A program made the position numbers and the translations under genes. Positions 1 to 12,806 of a stretch of 64,000 nt of DNA are shown in pieces (the first letter of the stretch is position 1; every line of letters begins with the position of its first letter). The notes beneath the pieces were generated by a model that worked only from the letters and a program-made list of their open reading frames with translations, was not told the origin of the DNA and did no database searches. The DNA comes from Octopus vulgaris (Eukaryota). The stretch is from contig OX597823.1 in NCBI GenBank assembly GCA_951406725.2, positions 23,746,001 to 23,810,000 of the forward strand, in the 5' to 3' direction.

Positions 1-1997
1 CGGTTACAATATAATTAAGTTGACTAAATATGTTTGGGTGTGTGATATGTATATGTCTTCCAATTAAACGAAGTCCTTTTTGCATCCTGCTGTTGGTAGA
101 ATGAAAAGAAAAGTCAAATTCATTTTTGTGGAGAAATGTAAAAAAGATCAGATACAAAGACAGTTTCAACGAATTCTCTTTTTATTTCAAGGATATATGC
201 TATTACATGTAAATACATCAGGAGTAATCTCCCTTCGTCAGCGAAAGTAACTGGAAGAGTATCGTATTGTAGAATGTTATTTCTAGGTTTTCGTCTAAAG
301 GTTTGTCCATAAAGAAGTGAAAGGAATCATATTGCTTATCAAGTCCATTGAAACTACACTTGAGAAAGAGTTTAGCTTTATGACTTATGGTCATTATTGA
401 GAAGGATAACGTCTTATGTCATTAGTAGAAGAATGTCAAAATTCAACAAGGAGTGTATGTGAGTTTCAGTGACATAGCTTCCCAAAGGCAAACTATCCAC
501 TTATTAAAATCAGAAAAAATATCATGGTTTTTATAACTTCCCATGGAAATTTCTAGAAGCGTTCTGAAATATGATTTAAAATAATTTAGGCTAAAATGGA
601 GAATGATTTTGGATGAAATCTATAGCGGCTGTCGTTGGCTGTTCAAGAGCTTGTTATTAAATGGAAAAACAGTATGAATCACCATAAGACACTTTTGTGT
701 GTAAATATATTGATTATTCTGTGTTCACCTTTTGTGGTGGAAGCCTGTAGTATGATACAAAAACATGTCTGTTTACATAGAAAGAAAGTTTTGATTTTTG
801 CTTTTGCACTGAAAGAAGTAACATATAACATTTGTATTATATTATGTTTGCATGTGTAGAATGAGAACAGTCATTTTGAGAATGTGTTTGTGATAAAGTA
901 TCTTCATTTACGAACCGCATATCTTGTGTCGAGGTGAATACACATGTGAGTCGCACGTGGAATATTGTGTGCAGAGCAACAGAGAAGACATTTGTCTTTG
1001 ACCAAAACCTGGCAGGAACTTAGATCTTCTACTGTGTAGCTCAGAACGAGGCTGGTGTCTCAGAACAAGGCTAGTGTATCAAAGCAAGGGTAGTTGTCTC
1101 ATCGATATATTCGTCTGCTGTGTAGGTCAACTTACATATTACCACGTAATATGTAGATTTGCTACAAATATTTTTAGCCAATGAGAGAACTCGTAGATTT
1201 TGTTAAGTTGTAGATTTTGTAAGCCACCAAATAAAAAGCCTTTACTACAAATCGATGCCATTTAGTGAGTATCATCAACTCCAGTTCTTCACTAATATTT
1301 TATGCTTTTGACCTCTGCAAGAATGAAAGGCAAAATTGATACTGGCTGGATTTAAACTGAATACATGAAATGCTTGAATACAAATCTTAAAGCATTTCTT
1401 TCAATTCTGACACCAACTTGTGTAGTTTTCCACTCAAAATGAAAGTGAATTTGTATTTGGTTTGCAGGGCAAAATGTTACATAATCAGTAAAGTAATGTC
1501 TTGCAGTGACTAGCCATATATAGTTACCTTCTTTTATATTCTGGATTCAAAGACCATCCGGATATATTCACCTTTCATTATTCAAAGGTTGATAAAATTA
1601 GGCCTAACCAAGTACTGAGTTTCATTTATTCATATTCATTCTGAATGCAAAATGTGTGGCTTTGCATTTGTATTAGAAACCATTTTCATAAATACTGTTT
1701 TTATCCACAATAATTATAATTATTCCTGTTGCTAAAGGTGATGCATTTGCAGAATCCGAGAACATCAGATAAAATGTGTGGTGGTATTTGTTTTGGCACT
1801 TCAGCTGCTAATTCCAATTCCTACTGATGTTAATTTTGCTATTGCTGGGCCAATAAATTAAAATAGCAGTCAAGCATAGAGGCCATATTTTGTTGATTAA
1901 CTCATACCTCAAAATTTTGTCCTTTCTAAGTTAGAGATTATTATTATTGTTATTCTTTTTGTCTTTTACATTCATCTAAACCTTACTTGAATTCCAG

Positions 1998-2234
1998 TTG
2001 CTGAGAGGCATTTTGTGAAAGTCGTAGGTGGAATTCTGGATGTATCTGGGAAAACATTGGTCAAGAAAAATGCAACAGTTGATGTTTGTGGAGAAAAATG
2101 TTTGTCTGAGCCAAATTGTTTAGCATTTGAAATAACTAAAAGAGGTGGAAACTGTTACTTAACAAATGAAACTGCAGCTTCCACCAAGAAAATGAAGTCA
2201 GACAAAAGCAGAGATTATTACCAACGAATAAACC
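1998..2234 (+). CDS. Internal exon A1 of a PAN/Apple-Sushi tandem-module protein: PAN/Apple domain type A
   Basis: Acceptor ttccag at 1992-1997, donor gtaatt at 2235; phase 1-1, 237 nt. Encodes AERHFVKVVGGILDVSGKTLVKKNATVDVCGEKCLSEPNCLAFEITKRGGNCYLTNETAASTKKMKSDKSRDYYQRIN, with the C-x3-C-x5-C-x2-F...C-x-L...DYY PAN/Apple pattern. Paralogous to exons at 31225 and 57081. Confidence 0.88.
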
Positions 2235-2474
2235 GTAATTATTCTTTGAATTTTATTATTGGACTTTCTTTTCCTCTTTCTCTGAAATTTGTGAATGCAT
2301 TTGTACTTTATATTATATATATAAACAACCATTTCTGTAAACACACTGACAGATTTACCTAGAAGGACAGGTATAGAAGTGTTTCTCAGAAAAACATGCA
2401 AAATTATGCACTCTAAATACCCTGAGGGCATTGTCATATGGACTTTATCCACCTTGAACAATTTTATGTTCACT

Positions 2475-2863
2475 CTTTTACTTGTTTCAGTCATTTAACT
2501 GTGGCCATGCTGGAGCACCACCTTTAGTCGAGCAAATGGACCCTAGGACTTATTCTTTGTAAGCCAAGTACTTATTCTATCAGTCTCTTTTCCTGAACTG
2601 CTAAGTTACGGGGACGTAAACACACCAGCATCAGTTGTCAAGCGAAGTTGGGGGGACAAACACAAATGCACAAACATATACACACAGACAGAAAATGAAA
2701 GAAGCCCGTTGTATATATGTATATATATATATATATGTATGTGTGTGTATATGTTTGTGCATTTGTGTTTGTCCCCCCAACTTCACTTGACAACTGATGC
2801 TAGTGTGTTTACATCCCCGTAACTTAGCAGTTCAGCAAAAGAGACTGATAGAATAAGTACTTG
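2475..2863. mobile_element. SINE fragment plus a local inverted duplicate of part of it
   Basis: 2565-~2688 and ~2740-2863 are near-perfect reverse complements around an (AT)n spacer. The same motif (gacaac...ggtgtgtttac...taacttagcagttc..caaaagagac..atagaataagtac) recurs at ~26240, ~37495 and ~62995. Confidence 0.7.
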
Positions 2864-2874
2864 TTATATATAAC

Positions 2875-3784
2875 ACCAAGAAAGTTAGAGGTTATGGATC
2901 CAACCCACTAAGGGATAATATTTATCCAATATACTGTTGGTATAATACCCACATTCTTTATACACAAATGTTTTTAATCGCAATGCAATTAACTTATTTA
3001 TTGTATTAAACGGGTGAAGGTAAAGAAATATTTTACCATTAATTTATAATACAAATAAGAAAATGGTGAAACAATTCAGTTGGCTCATCAGCTTTCGGAT
3101 ATTAGAATATTGAATTATTTATTCATTTAACAAAAATGAGAACCTTAACAGCATACATACATACATTAAAATTCAATGCATGTAAGATAAGAATACAATT
3201 ATAAAAATCATAATATAAATTACTGAAATCATTAAAATCACTCCTTACAGCTGTTTCAGCCTATGGATAAAAGTAGTTTTTTTTTCTAGTGCTTATATTT
3301 GTCAATTATATTGAGGTTGTAGATATTTAAAAATAGGGTACTGATACATAACCATAGGCCTCGTCAGAGATTATAAAGAACTTTAAAAATATTAATACAT
3401 GAAACAGAATACACGAATAATTTATTATATAAAAAATATGAACAAATATCCAAATACACTTACACATATACATGTATACATACATAAGCAGAGTATATAT
3501 ACTTTTACATGTGTATAATTACATAAATAAGCACAATTAAACAATAGGTCCAAGTAAATAGACCATTCGTCATATACATATATATATATATACATATATA
3601 CTGGAACATATACATACGTCTATGTTCATGACTACTTAAACAATAATCACTTATTACTATTATTATTATTATTATATTTATCAACAGTAACAATATTATT
3701 AGATTTATTGACAATACATATAATAGATTCCAATATATCAAATATTACGATACAAGATAAACAATCCACAATCCATACAAACAA

Positions 3785-3840
<56 letters not shown>

Positions 3841-3987
3841 CATACAGTTACACCATGGCTTTTAGATATAGTTCTTCTTCATACATACTAGTCCATGCAT
3901 ATGGGTAACAAATAGAAGCAACAACATACTAATATCCGAAAGCTGATGAACCAACTAAATTGTTTCTCCATTTCCTTATTTGTATTA
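2875..3987 (-). mobile_element. Non-coding Penelope-like (PLE-derived) repeat carrying a hammerhead ribozyme and a short inverted terminal copy
   Basis: Homologous by eye to ~34400-34970 (opposite strand) and ~39595-39900. 3050-3105 and 3929-3987 are inverted copies. Flanked by TA-rich tracts and contains the HHR motif at 3242-3372. Confidence 0.6.
3242..3372 (-). ncRNA. Type I hammerhead ribozyme, intact catalytic core, long stem-loop II
   Basis: Minus strand reads aatct-CTGACGA-GGCCTATGG...(~85 nt)...CCATAGGCT-GAAA-CAGCTG-TA-AGG. This gives the CUGANGA and GAAA boxes, a 9-bp stem II, a palindromic mini stem III, a GUA cleavage triplet and a short stem I. Confidence 0.72.
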
Positions 3988-3995
3988 TATATATA

Positions 3996-4390
3996 CTAGC
4001 AGAGATACCCGGCATTGCCTGTGTTACATGCAATTGAAGAATTAGACTTTTCTGTAATGAACTGGAATACCTATGTTTCGAATTTCATCAAAATTGCAGA
4101 TGAGGGTGACTTCCCTCTTCACACACCCGAAAAAAATTGTAATTGTGCCACATGTATCCCATAGTATTGATTTTTATGCGTATATTCCAAAATTCCTGTC
4201 TTATTGAACCTGTTAAAATGATTTTGCTCATGAGAAATGAAGGTCATGGAGCTCTAAAATGTGAGAAATTCTTCAAACTCAGATTATATACTGAAACATC
4301 TATTCCAGTATGTCCTCCCGGTTTTCAAAGAGGAAAACAGATCCCTTGCAGTCAACTATCACCCAGTCTCACTCACCTCCTATATCATTA
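3996..4390 (-). mobile_element. Non-autonomous Helitron-like element, 3' portion (family 2)
   Basis: Minus strand ends ...caggcaatgccgggtatctctgCTAG, a GC hairpin followed by CTAG. It matches the reverse complement of ~38100-38495. Confidence 0.6.
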
Positions 4391-4404
4391 AAATGTTTGA
4401 AAGA

Positions 4405-5837
4405 GTGGTAAGATGAAGGATCACTGCTCAATCTGTAGTAGAGGTGTAGGTAAAAACTCTATAAGATGTACCCAGTGTAAGCTATGGACTCATAAGAGGT
4501 GCAGCAATATCAAAGGAAGGATAACTGGGAGGGTAGCTTTTGTATGTGGCAGATGCTCGGGAGCTATAAATAACACTGAAAATGTGCAGAGAACAACTTC
4601 CGCCACATTCCAGGGAGAAAAACTAGAAGTAGTTGATAGCTTCCATTACCCAGGTGACCAAGTCAATAGCGGGGGAGGGTGCACTGAAAGTGTAGCTGCT
4701 AGAATAAGAATAGCCTGGGCTAAGTTTAGAGAGCTCTTACCTCTGCTGGTGACAAAGGTCCTCTCACTCAGAGTAAAAGGTAGACTGTACGACACATGTG
4801 TATGAACAGCCATGCTATATGGCAGTAAAACATGGGCCATGACTGCCGAGGACATGCATAAGTTTGCAAGGAATGAAGCCAGCATGTTCCGATGGCTGTG
4901 TAATGTCAGTGTGCATACTTGACAGAGTGTTAGTGCCTTGAGAGAAAAGTTGGACCTAAGAAGCATCAGATGTAGTGTTCAAGAGAGGCAACTGCACTGG
5001 TATGGTCATGTGCCGAGAATGGATGTGGATAGCTGTGTGAAAAAGTGCCACACCCTATCGGTTGAGGGAACCTGTGGGAGAGGTAGACCTAGGATGAGGT
5101 GGTGAAGCATTACCTTCAAATATTGGGCCTCACCGAGGCAATGACTAGTGACCGAGACCTCTGGATATATGCTGTGCTTGAAAAGACTCGGCAAATGCAT
5201 GTGTGTGACCATAACCTTGTGGCCTATGCCAGGGGTGTAACCAGTCCACTTATGCATGCCTTTCCTTCATTGGACACTAAACTCTGCTTGCGAAGACCAG
5301 TTGAGGCAAGTGAAATCGAAATCTAAGTCGGAATCAAACTCTATTGTGAAGACCTGTTGAGGCATGTGAAATCAAAATCAAACTTGGTGACTGGCATCCG
5401 TTGCTAATGGAGCACTAAGAGTACCATACGAGTGAGATCATTGCCAGAGCAACAAGCTGGCCTTCGTGCTGATGGCACGTTAAACACACCATTTGAGTGT
5501 GATCATTACCTGCGTTGCCTTACTAGCACTTGTGATGGTGGCACGTGAAAAAAAACATTTGAGCGAGGTTGTTGCCAGTGCTGCTGGACTGGCTCCTGTG
5601 CAGGTGGCACATAAAAAGCACCATTTGAGCATGGCCATTGCCAGTGCCACCAAACTGGCCCTCATGCCGGTGGCACGTAAAAGCACCCACTACACTCTTG
5701 GAGTGGTTGGCATTAGGAAGGGTATCCAGCTGTAGAAACCCTGCTAAATCAGATTGGAGTCTTGTTCACCAGACTTCAGTCAAATTATCAACCCATGCAA
5801 GCATGGAAAGCGGACGTTAAACATTGATGATGATGAT
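4405..5837 (+). mobile_element. 5'-truncated, decayed RTE-clade LINE
   Basis: ORF fragment 4413-4805 (CSICSRGVGKNSIRCTQCKLWTHKRC...LEVVDSFHYPG...RIRIAWAKFRELLPLL), then RTE C-terminal remnants (WYGHV.RM, GRGRPR), a 3' UTR with ggcacgtaaaagcacc repeats and a (GAT)n tail. Same family as 26451-30045. Confidence 0.9.
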
Positions 5838-6216
5838 ATATATGTGTGTGTATGTCTATATCTGTATATATATATATATATATATATCTAAAAATATTAA
5901 TATTTCTAATTCTCTCTAAAGGAGACTATGGCAGCGGTACTGGATATTAATAGTTATCACCAAGAATTATCTTGAGAGAACAGAACCTTATTTTCTACGA
6001 AATTCTGTATGCTTATTATCATGTCTCTAATATGCCCTTAAAGCTGATGTTTTTTCATCTTCTCTCTTTCAATATATATTCACCACGTGTATTTCCCCAC
6101 TAAAATATTTTCTACCGTATATATAAACTTCTTTATCTATCTATCTATGTATATGTATATATATATATATATATGTATACATGTATGTATGTATATGTAA
6201 ATATATGTATATATAT

Positions 6217-6590
6217 TCATCATCATCATTAAACATCCACGTTCCATGCTAGCATGGGTGGGACGGTACCACAAAAGCCGGCCAGTTCAAAACCTGCACC
6301 AGACTTCTCTGACTGTCTTGGCAAGATTTTTACAGCTGGATGCCCTTCCTAACACCAACCACTCAACAAAGTGGACTTTTTATGTGGCACAAGCACAGGC
6401 GAGGTCAGTTTTGACAAGGTTTTTACAGCTGGATGCCCTTCCAAACATCAACCACTTTACAGTGTGGCTTGGGTGCTTTTAAGTGGCCCATGAACTGATA
6501 GGGTCACCAACTACTTGCAAGGCAAAAACTTTTAAGAGGGGAGGAAGAATTGGAGGAGGTGATGATGAAAAGGTTATAGTGAGACAGATA
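6217..6590 (-). mobile_element. RTE-tail short element (truncated LINE or RTE-dependent SINE)
   Basis: Starts catcatcatcattaaacatccacgttccatgctagcatggg...gctggatgcccttcctaac, the shared RTE 3' terminus. A related copy lies at ~56205-56555. Confidence 0.7.
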
Positions 6591-7791
6591 GAATATGCAA
6601 ATTAACCTAAACCATAAATATTGTCTCCTCTTTTTTTGTTTTTGTACATGTCTTAGATAAAATTGGAAAGATTTTACAACTGTGTGCCTTAAACATGCAC
6701 ATGCTGCTATCCTCTTGAATCTAGAAATATCAAACTGATTTTTTCGTTAATACATCTCAAATCCCAAGAATTGTTGGTGCTAGTGATTATGTCCCCTTTT
6801 CATTCTGAGTCGACTGTAAATGGCACTAGATGTTTCAACAAATTAAGAATTTATCATATATTTAGTATACCATTATTTATTCTGTTGTGAAAATTCATGC
6901 AATTGGCCAATCTGAGTTATTTCTCTTACCTCACTTTTGTCTTAAAATATATATCGTTGTTGTTGGCGTCATTGTCGTCGTCTTCTTCTTCTTCTTCATA
7001 TTTAGTGTTACAGTCATCAAGGTGTTGTGTTGTCCTGTATTTCACTTGTTATACTTAGTTTTACTTACTGTCTCCTCCCAACATACAGCGCTTAATCATC
7101 GTGTATGTAAGAGAGCACTTTTTAATGCAAGGCTGATGAAGTGCTACTATAATGTAAAAGAAAAATATCCCAAAGATTACGTAACTTTTCACGTGAAATT
7201 TTTATGTATAGTGGCGTTGAAAACGAATAATTACCAGAAACAATTGTAACTGGTAATTAGAGATGTGCTAAATTCTTTCTTCATCTTATTTAAATCACAC
7301 ACACACGCACGCTCACCTTTTTTCTGCCTTTCGTTGCTTAGACACCGCCTAATCCTCACTTTTCCCTGTGATCAAAACCACAACCACTTCCTTCAATTGG
7401 ATGTCCAATCCTATACAGTTGCAAGCAGTAACCCTGGTTCTTCATGGAGATCCCTTCTGAGGTGGTCTGCCACAAGACCTGGAAGTTGGGAAATATTAGT
7501 ATGATGCCACTCTATGCAGTTATTTGGTGGTTTTCTTACTATTTCAGTTTTTTTTCTTCTTACCTGGAATAGACACTGAAATGTAGGGAAGGATTAAAGG
7601 GAGATGGAGAGCAGAAGATAGAATACGTAATAAAGTTTAAAAAAAAGGAGAAATGGAGAAAAGAAATATAGAGCTGGATATTTGTATACTAGAGAAGTGG
7701 AAATAAAGAGGCAACGGGATAAAATAACAGAATTATTGAGAATGAGGAAATGATAGAAAGAATGTAAATGATAGAAAGTGAGAAGGAATTT

Positions 7792-8201
7792 GGATCTTTT
7801 CAGTTTGAACGGCAGTTTGTAACATAATTTCTAGGTAACTAAAAAATTTTAAACTTTGTATACTGGTAGAATGTGTTTATAAAACAGCTTTTTCTCTTGG
7901 CTTTATTGAGAAAATTCTATAGTTTGTAAGATATTTGTTGTTTTTTCTTCAATTTCTGCTATTTCAACCAATCACTGACGTCTATTGAGTTAAAAAGCAT
8001 TTTGTGCCGTATGAATATGTTCCTCGTTTAAGAAACAGATTGGGTTTATTTACATTTGTGAAGAAAAAAAAGATACCCTTCCCCCTACCCCTAACCCTAA
8101 AACAGATTGAAATGCAATAGATCGATACTAGGGTCATAATTATGGGAGACAATTTCATATGACACCACTAGAAAAAACTGCCGTTCAAACTGAAAAGATC
8201 C
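7792..8201. mobile_element. MITE with ~27-bp TIRs and an internal CCCTAA telomere-like motif
   Basis: Left end ggatcttttcagtttgaacggcagttt, right end aaactgccgttcaaactgaaaagatcc; internal ccctaccccctaaccctaa. Confidence 0.75.
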
Positions 8202-8344
8202 ATGACTTCTTCCAATAATAATCTTCATTTTAGTTTTGAATTCGAAGTCAGTCAGTTTCTTTATTATTAAGAACTTCATCGTCTGCTTCACTTGGAAATT
8301 ACCTTTTCTATATTTGAAAAATTGGCGCTTTTGCTTCCTTACTC

Positions 8345-9166
8345 GGATCTTTTTGGTTTGAACGGCAGTTTTTAACATAATTTCTAGGTAACTAAAAAAT
8401 TTTAAACTTCGTATACTGGTGGAATGTGTTTATAAAACATCTTCTTCTCTGGGCTTTATTGAGAAAATTCTATATGTTGTAACATATTTCCTCTTTAATT
8501 TCGAGCATTTCGGCAATTTTAACCAATCACTGACGTCCATTTAGGTAAATAACATTCTGTGCATAATAAATATGTCCCTCGTTTAAGAAACAGATTGGGT
8601 TTATTTACATTTGTGAAGAAAAAAGATACCCTTCCCCAACCCCTAACCCTAACTCTAACCCTAAATCTAAAATAGATTGAAATGCAATAGATTGATACTA
8701 GGGCCATAATTATGGGTGATATTTTCATTTGACACTGCTAGAAAAAAATCCCATTTTCTGTAGCGGTGTCGTATGAAATTGTCACCCATAATTATAACCC
8801 TAGTATCGATCTATTGCATTTCAATCTATTTTAGATTTAGGGTTAGAGTTAGGGTGGGTTAGGGTTAGGGGTGGGGGAAGGGTATCTTTTTTCTTCACAA
8901 ATGTAAATAGACCCAATCTGTTTCTTAAACGAGGGACATATTCATTATGCACAGAATGTTATTTACCTAAATGGACGTCAGCGATTGGTTAAAATTGCCA
9001 AAATGCTCGAAATTAAAGACGAAATATGTTACAACATATAGAATTTTCTCAATAAAGCCAAGAAAAAATGATGTTTTGTAAACACATTCTACCAGAATAC
9101 GAAGTTTAAAACTTTTTAGTTACCTAGAAATTATGTTACAAAGTGCCGTTCAAAAGGAAACGATCC
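8345..9166. mobile_element. Foldback element: two copies of the 7792-8201 MITE joined tail-to-tail (~400-bp inverted arms)
   Basis: 8345-~8750 and ~8755-9166 are reverse complements; both start with ggatc..tttgaacggca and carry CCCTAA/TTAGGG tracts (8640-8665, 8836-8870). Confidence 0.8.
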
Positions 9167-9340
9167 GAAATACAAGCAAGTCTGGAGGTAGAAAAAAATA
9201 GAATAACAGTAAAATGATAAAATGAAACGCAAAAACTTATGGAGCAAAACTTGAATTAGAAATTAAATTAAGAATTACTAAAATGTGAAAGAAATATACA
9301 TTGTCACTTTTTTATGTATACTATACACGTTTATATATAA

Positions 9341-11533
9341 CTAGCAGTATCGCCCGGCGTTGCTCGGGTTTGTAAGGGAAATAAGTATATAAGCATTTTT
9401 AGAGAGTTATAGCCAAAAAATAGAAAAAAAATGAGGGTAAATTTTTTTTAAAATCGTTGACTCATCGTAGGCATTTTTAGAGAGTTACTTCCTTTATATA
9501 ATAGAGAAAAAATGCATTAAAATGGAAAAAAATGATGGTAAATTCTTTTTTAAATTGTAGACTCATCGTAGACGCGCGCTAATACCCAGAAGGACTCGAT
9601 ATGAATCACGACTATAAGATACCTGGTTTTGGTTAAACTGCACCGCAAAATGTGGGAGTAGTTAGGAATCTAAATCGTAGGAGACAGTCACACAACCTTA
9701 CTTTTATATATAACTAGCAGTATTGCCCGGCGTTGCTCGGGTTTGTAAGGGAAATAACTATATAAGCATTTTTAGAGAGTTACTTCCCTTATAGATGCCA
9801 ATTCGGGCTTTCTTAGCCATTTCTGTTTTGGTGTCTTCAAGCCATGAAGTCGTTGTTCTAAAAGAACGCTGGTCTCCTTGACAACGGTTTACGACATTGA
9901 TTTCCTTACACTCCCTTCCCCACAGCTTCACGAGGGAGGGAAGAAGGGGGAGAAGCAAACAGGTGCAGGTGTGACCATGGACGCCAACTCCGCCGCCATC
10001 GACACACGAAAAATTATGCAGTAAAATGGAATAAAAAATGATGTTAAATTATTTTTAAAATCGTAGACTCATCATAGACGCGCGCTAATACTCAGACGGG
10101 CTCGACTATCTAAATCGAAGGGGACAGACACTCACACAACTACAGTTTTATATATATAGACTAGCAGTATCGTCCGGCGTTGCTCGGGTTTGTAAGGGAA
10201 ATAACTATATAAGCATTTTTAGTGAGTTATAGCAAAAAAATAGCAAAAAATGCATTAAAAATGGAATAAAAAATGATGGTAATTTTTTTTTAAATCGTTG
10301 ACTCATCGTAGACATTTTTAGAGAGTTACTTCCCTTATATAATAGCGAAAAATGCATTAAAATGAAATAAAAAATGATGGTAATTTTTTTTTTTAATCGT
10401 AGACATTTTTAGAGAGTTACTTCCCTTATATGATAACGAAAAACGCATTAAAATGGAATAAAAAATGATGGTAAATTTTTTTTTAAATCGTAGACTCACG
10501 CTAATACCCAGAAGGGCTCGATATGAATCACGACTATAAGATACCCGCTTTTGGTTACACTGCACCGCAAAATGTGGGAGTAGTTAGGAATCTAAATCGT
10601 AGGAGACAGACACACAACCTTACTTTTATATATAAAGATTTGTGCAACAACTAAAACATTCGGTTGTGCAAATTGTTTGCACAGGAAACCTGCCCTGTGT
10701 GGCGGTAATTGCCGATTTTGTGGATCTGTTTCAGCTTTTTTAGCGACTTCAAGCCATGAAGTCGTTGTTCTAAAAGAACGCTGGTCTCCTTGACAACGCA
10801 TTACGACGTTGATTGCCTTACACTCCCTCCCCTACAGCTTCACGAGGGAGGGAAGAAGGGGGAGAAGCAACACAGGTGCAGGCGTGAGCGTGGACGCCAA
10901 CTCCGCCGCCATCGACACACGAAAAAATATGCATTAAAATGGAATAAAAAATGATGCTAAATTATTTTTTAAATCGTAGACTCATCGTAGACGCGCGCTA
11001 ATACCCAGACGGGCTCGATATGAATCACGACTATAAGATACCCGAATTTGGTTAAACTGCACCGCAAAATGTGGGAGTAGTTAGGAATCTAAATCGAAGG
11101 GGACAGACACTCACACATCTACAGTTTTATATATATATAGACTAGCAGTATCGCCCGGCGTTGCTCGGGTTTGTAAGGGAAATAACTATAAAGCATTTTT
11201 AGAGAGTTATAGCCAAAAAGCAGCAAAAAATGCATTAAAAATGGAAAAAAAATTATGGTAATTTTTTTTAAAATCGTTGACTCATCGTAGACATTTTTAA
11301 AGAGTTACTTCCCTTTATTAAAAAAATATGCTTTAAAATGGAAAAAAATTAAGGTAAATTATTTTTAAATTGTAGACTCATCGTAGACGCGCGCTAATAC
11401 CCAGAAGGGCTCGATATGAATCACGACTATAAGATACCCGGTTTTGGTTAAACTGCACCGTAAAATGTGGGAGTAATTAGAAATCTAAATCGTAGGAGAC
11501 AGACACTCACAACTTCACTTTTATATATATAGA
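9341..11533 (-). mobile_element. Head-to-tail tandem array of four non-autonomous Helitrons (family 1)
   Basis: Each unit ends on the minus strand in cccgagcaacgccggg (hairpin) + cgatactgCTAG, at + positions 9341, 9714, 10161 and 11142. Units 2-4 begin TCTATATATATAAAA; the junctions at 10160/10161 and 11141/11142 are direct CTAG|TC fusions. Confidence 0.85.
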
Positions 11534-12595
11534 TATATATATAAAGATAAACAATCAAATGGCACAAGCATTTTCCCCAACTCAATATTGTTTTACCGTT
11601 TCGTTTGGCTTCATGTAGCTTGTATTTGTCCAACTTCCATGACAGCCCTTTCCTTATAAATTTCACGATAGCAAATCTGTAATTTATGTAGATCTGAATC
11701 ACCTTTTCAAATTCGTTTGAAATTCTAAATCTAAGGGCGCGAAAATCTTAAATGATTTTTGCACCCTTAGAAGAATATAAGAATAAAGTTTCGATTGTTA
11801 GATTTTCTTTAGCTTCCATATGTCTTTTCATTTCTTTGAAGTCTTCATTTGTGACACATTGGCTTCGTGGCTGAAACAGACACTTTATGTTATTCGTAGA
11901 AATATTAATGTACAATTGGGTATTAATGACATCAACGATCAGTTCTGTTTAGAACAATCTCTAATGTTTCTTCAAATCCTCTAAAATTGTTAATAAATTA
12001 AAGAGGACAGAGTTTATTCTCAAATTCTCCAATATATATTTTTTCTGACATTTGTTCCATGCTCTTTTGAAGGATTCCCGAAATCTTTTCAGTATCGTAA
12101 CCGCCCATCACTTTATCAATAGCATTTATGTATAGATCAAATGTGTGCCAAAGATAATATTCTTTAAATGTTACCAAGAACTATGGTCTATTAGTCGTCA
12201 AAGTAACGTATATCTGATAGCACAAACATTAATCTAACATTTAGATGGTAATGATGTACAGATTGCTGGTGGTAATCTACATTCTACACGATGAATAACA
12301 TGAACAATATTTTTTAAAAAATCCAAGTTCAAAATAATGTGAAACCAATGTTCAATCATTTTCCTTTATTTTCTACATATCTTGAAGTATATACAAGGCC
12401 TTTAAGTGCCCTTGGATTTATTTCTTTGAATAAAATAAATTTTATTGCTTTAACATCAATGGTTTGTTTCAGCTGTAGTTTTACATTTTGCCACCAACGA
12501 ACTTGCAGTAAATGTTACCTCATAGCCGTGCTTTCTTTTTTGTCTTTAAGCTTTTTAATAATAGATAAGGCTTTAGTACAGGCGACAACTTACAT

Positions 12596-12806
12596 CAGTG
12601 GTTTTCAACCAGGGTTCCGCGGAACCTTATTGTTCCGCCAGTACAGTCCAGGGGTTCCGCAAGAAGTTACAAAACTGCTAAAATCGGCAATAATTTTTAA
12701 TTCTCCTGTGCAGAAAGAAGACTATTAAATTATTGCACAGGGGTTCCCCGAGCCAGTGGAATGTTTCCTTGGGGTTCCGCTCCAGCAAAAAGATTGAAAA
12801 GCACTG
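12596..12806. mobile_element. hAT (Charlie-like) MITE
   Basis: TIRs cagtggttttcaacc / gattgaaaagcactg; perfect 8-bp TSD acttacat at 12588-12595 and 12807-12814. Confidence 0.9.

Noticed and set aside
1-860. Possible very old transposase remnant and ORF 635-859
   Set aside because: No recognisable catalytic motifs or termini could be read.
3929-3960. ccgaaagctgatga motif resembling hammerhead boxes (also 3085-3098 on the minus strand)
   Set aside because: GAAA and CTGATGA are adjacent with no room for stems and no cleavage triplet; treated as part of the inverted terminal repeat.
8630-8875. Head-to-head CCCTAA/TTAGGG tracts suggesting a telomere fusion
   Set aside because: Only a few degenerate units, embedded in a repeated MITE that also occurs as a monomer.
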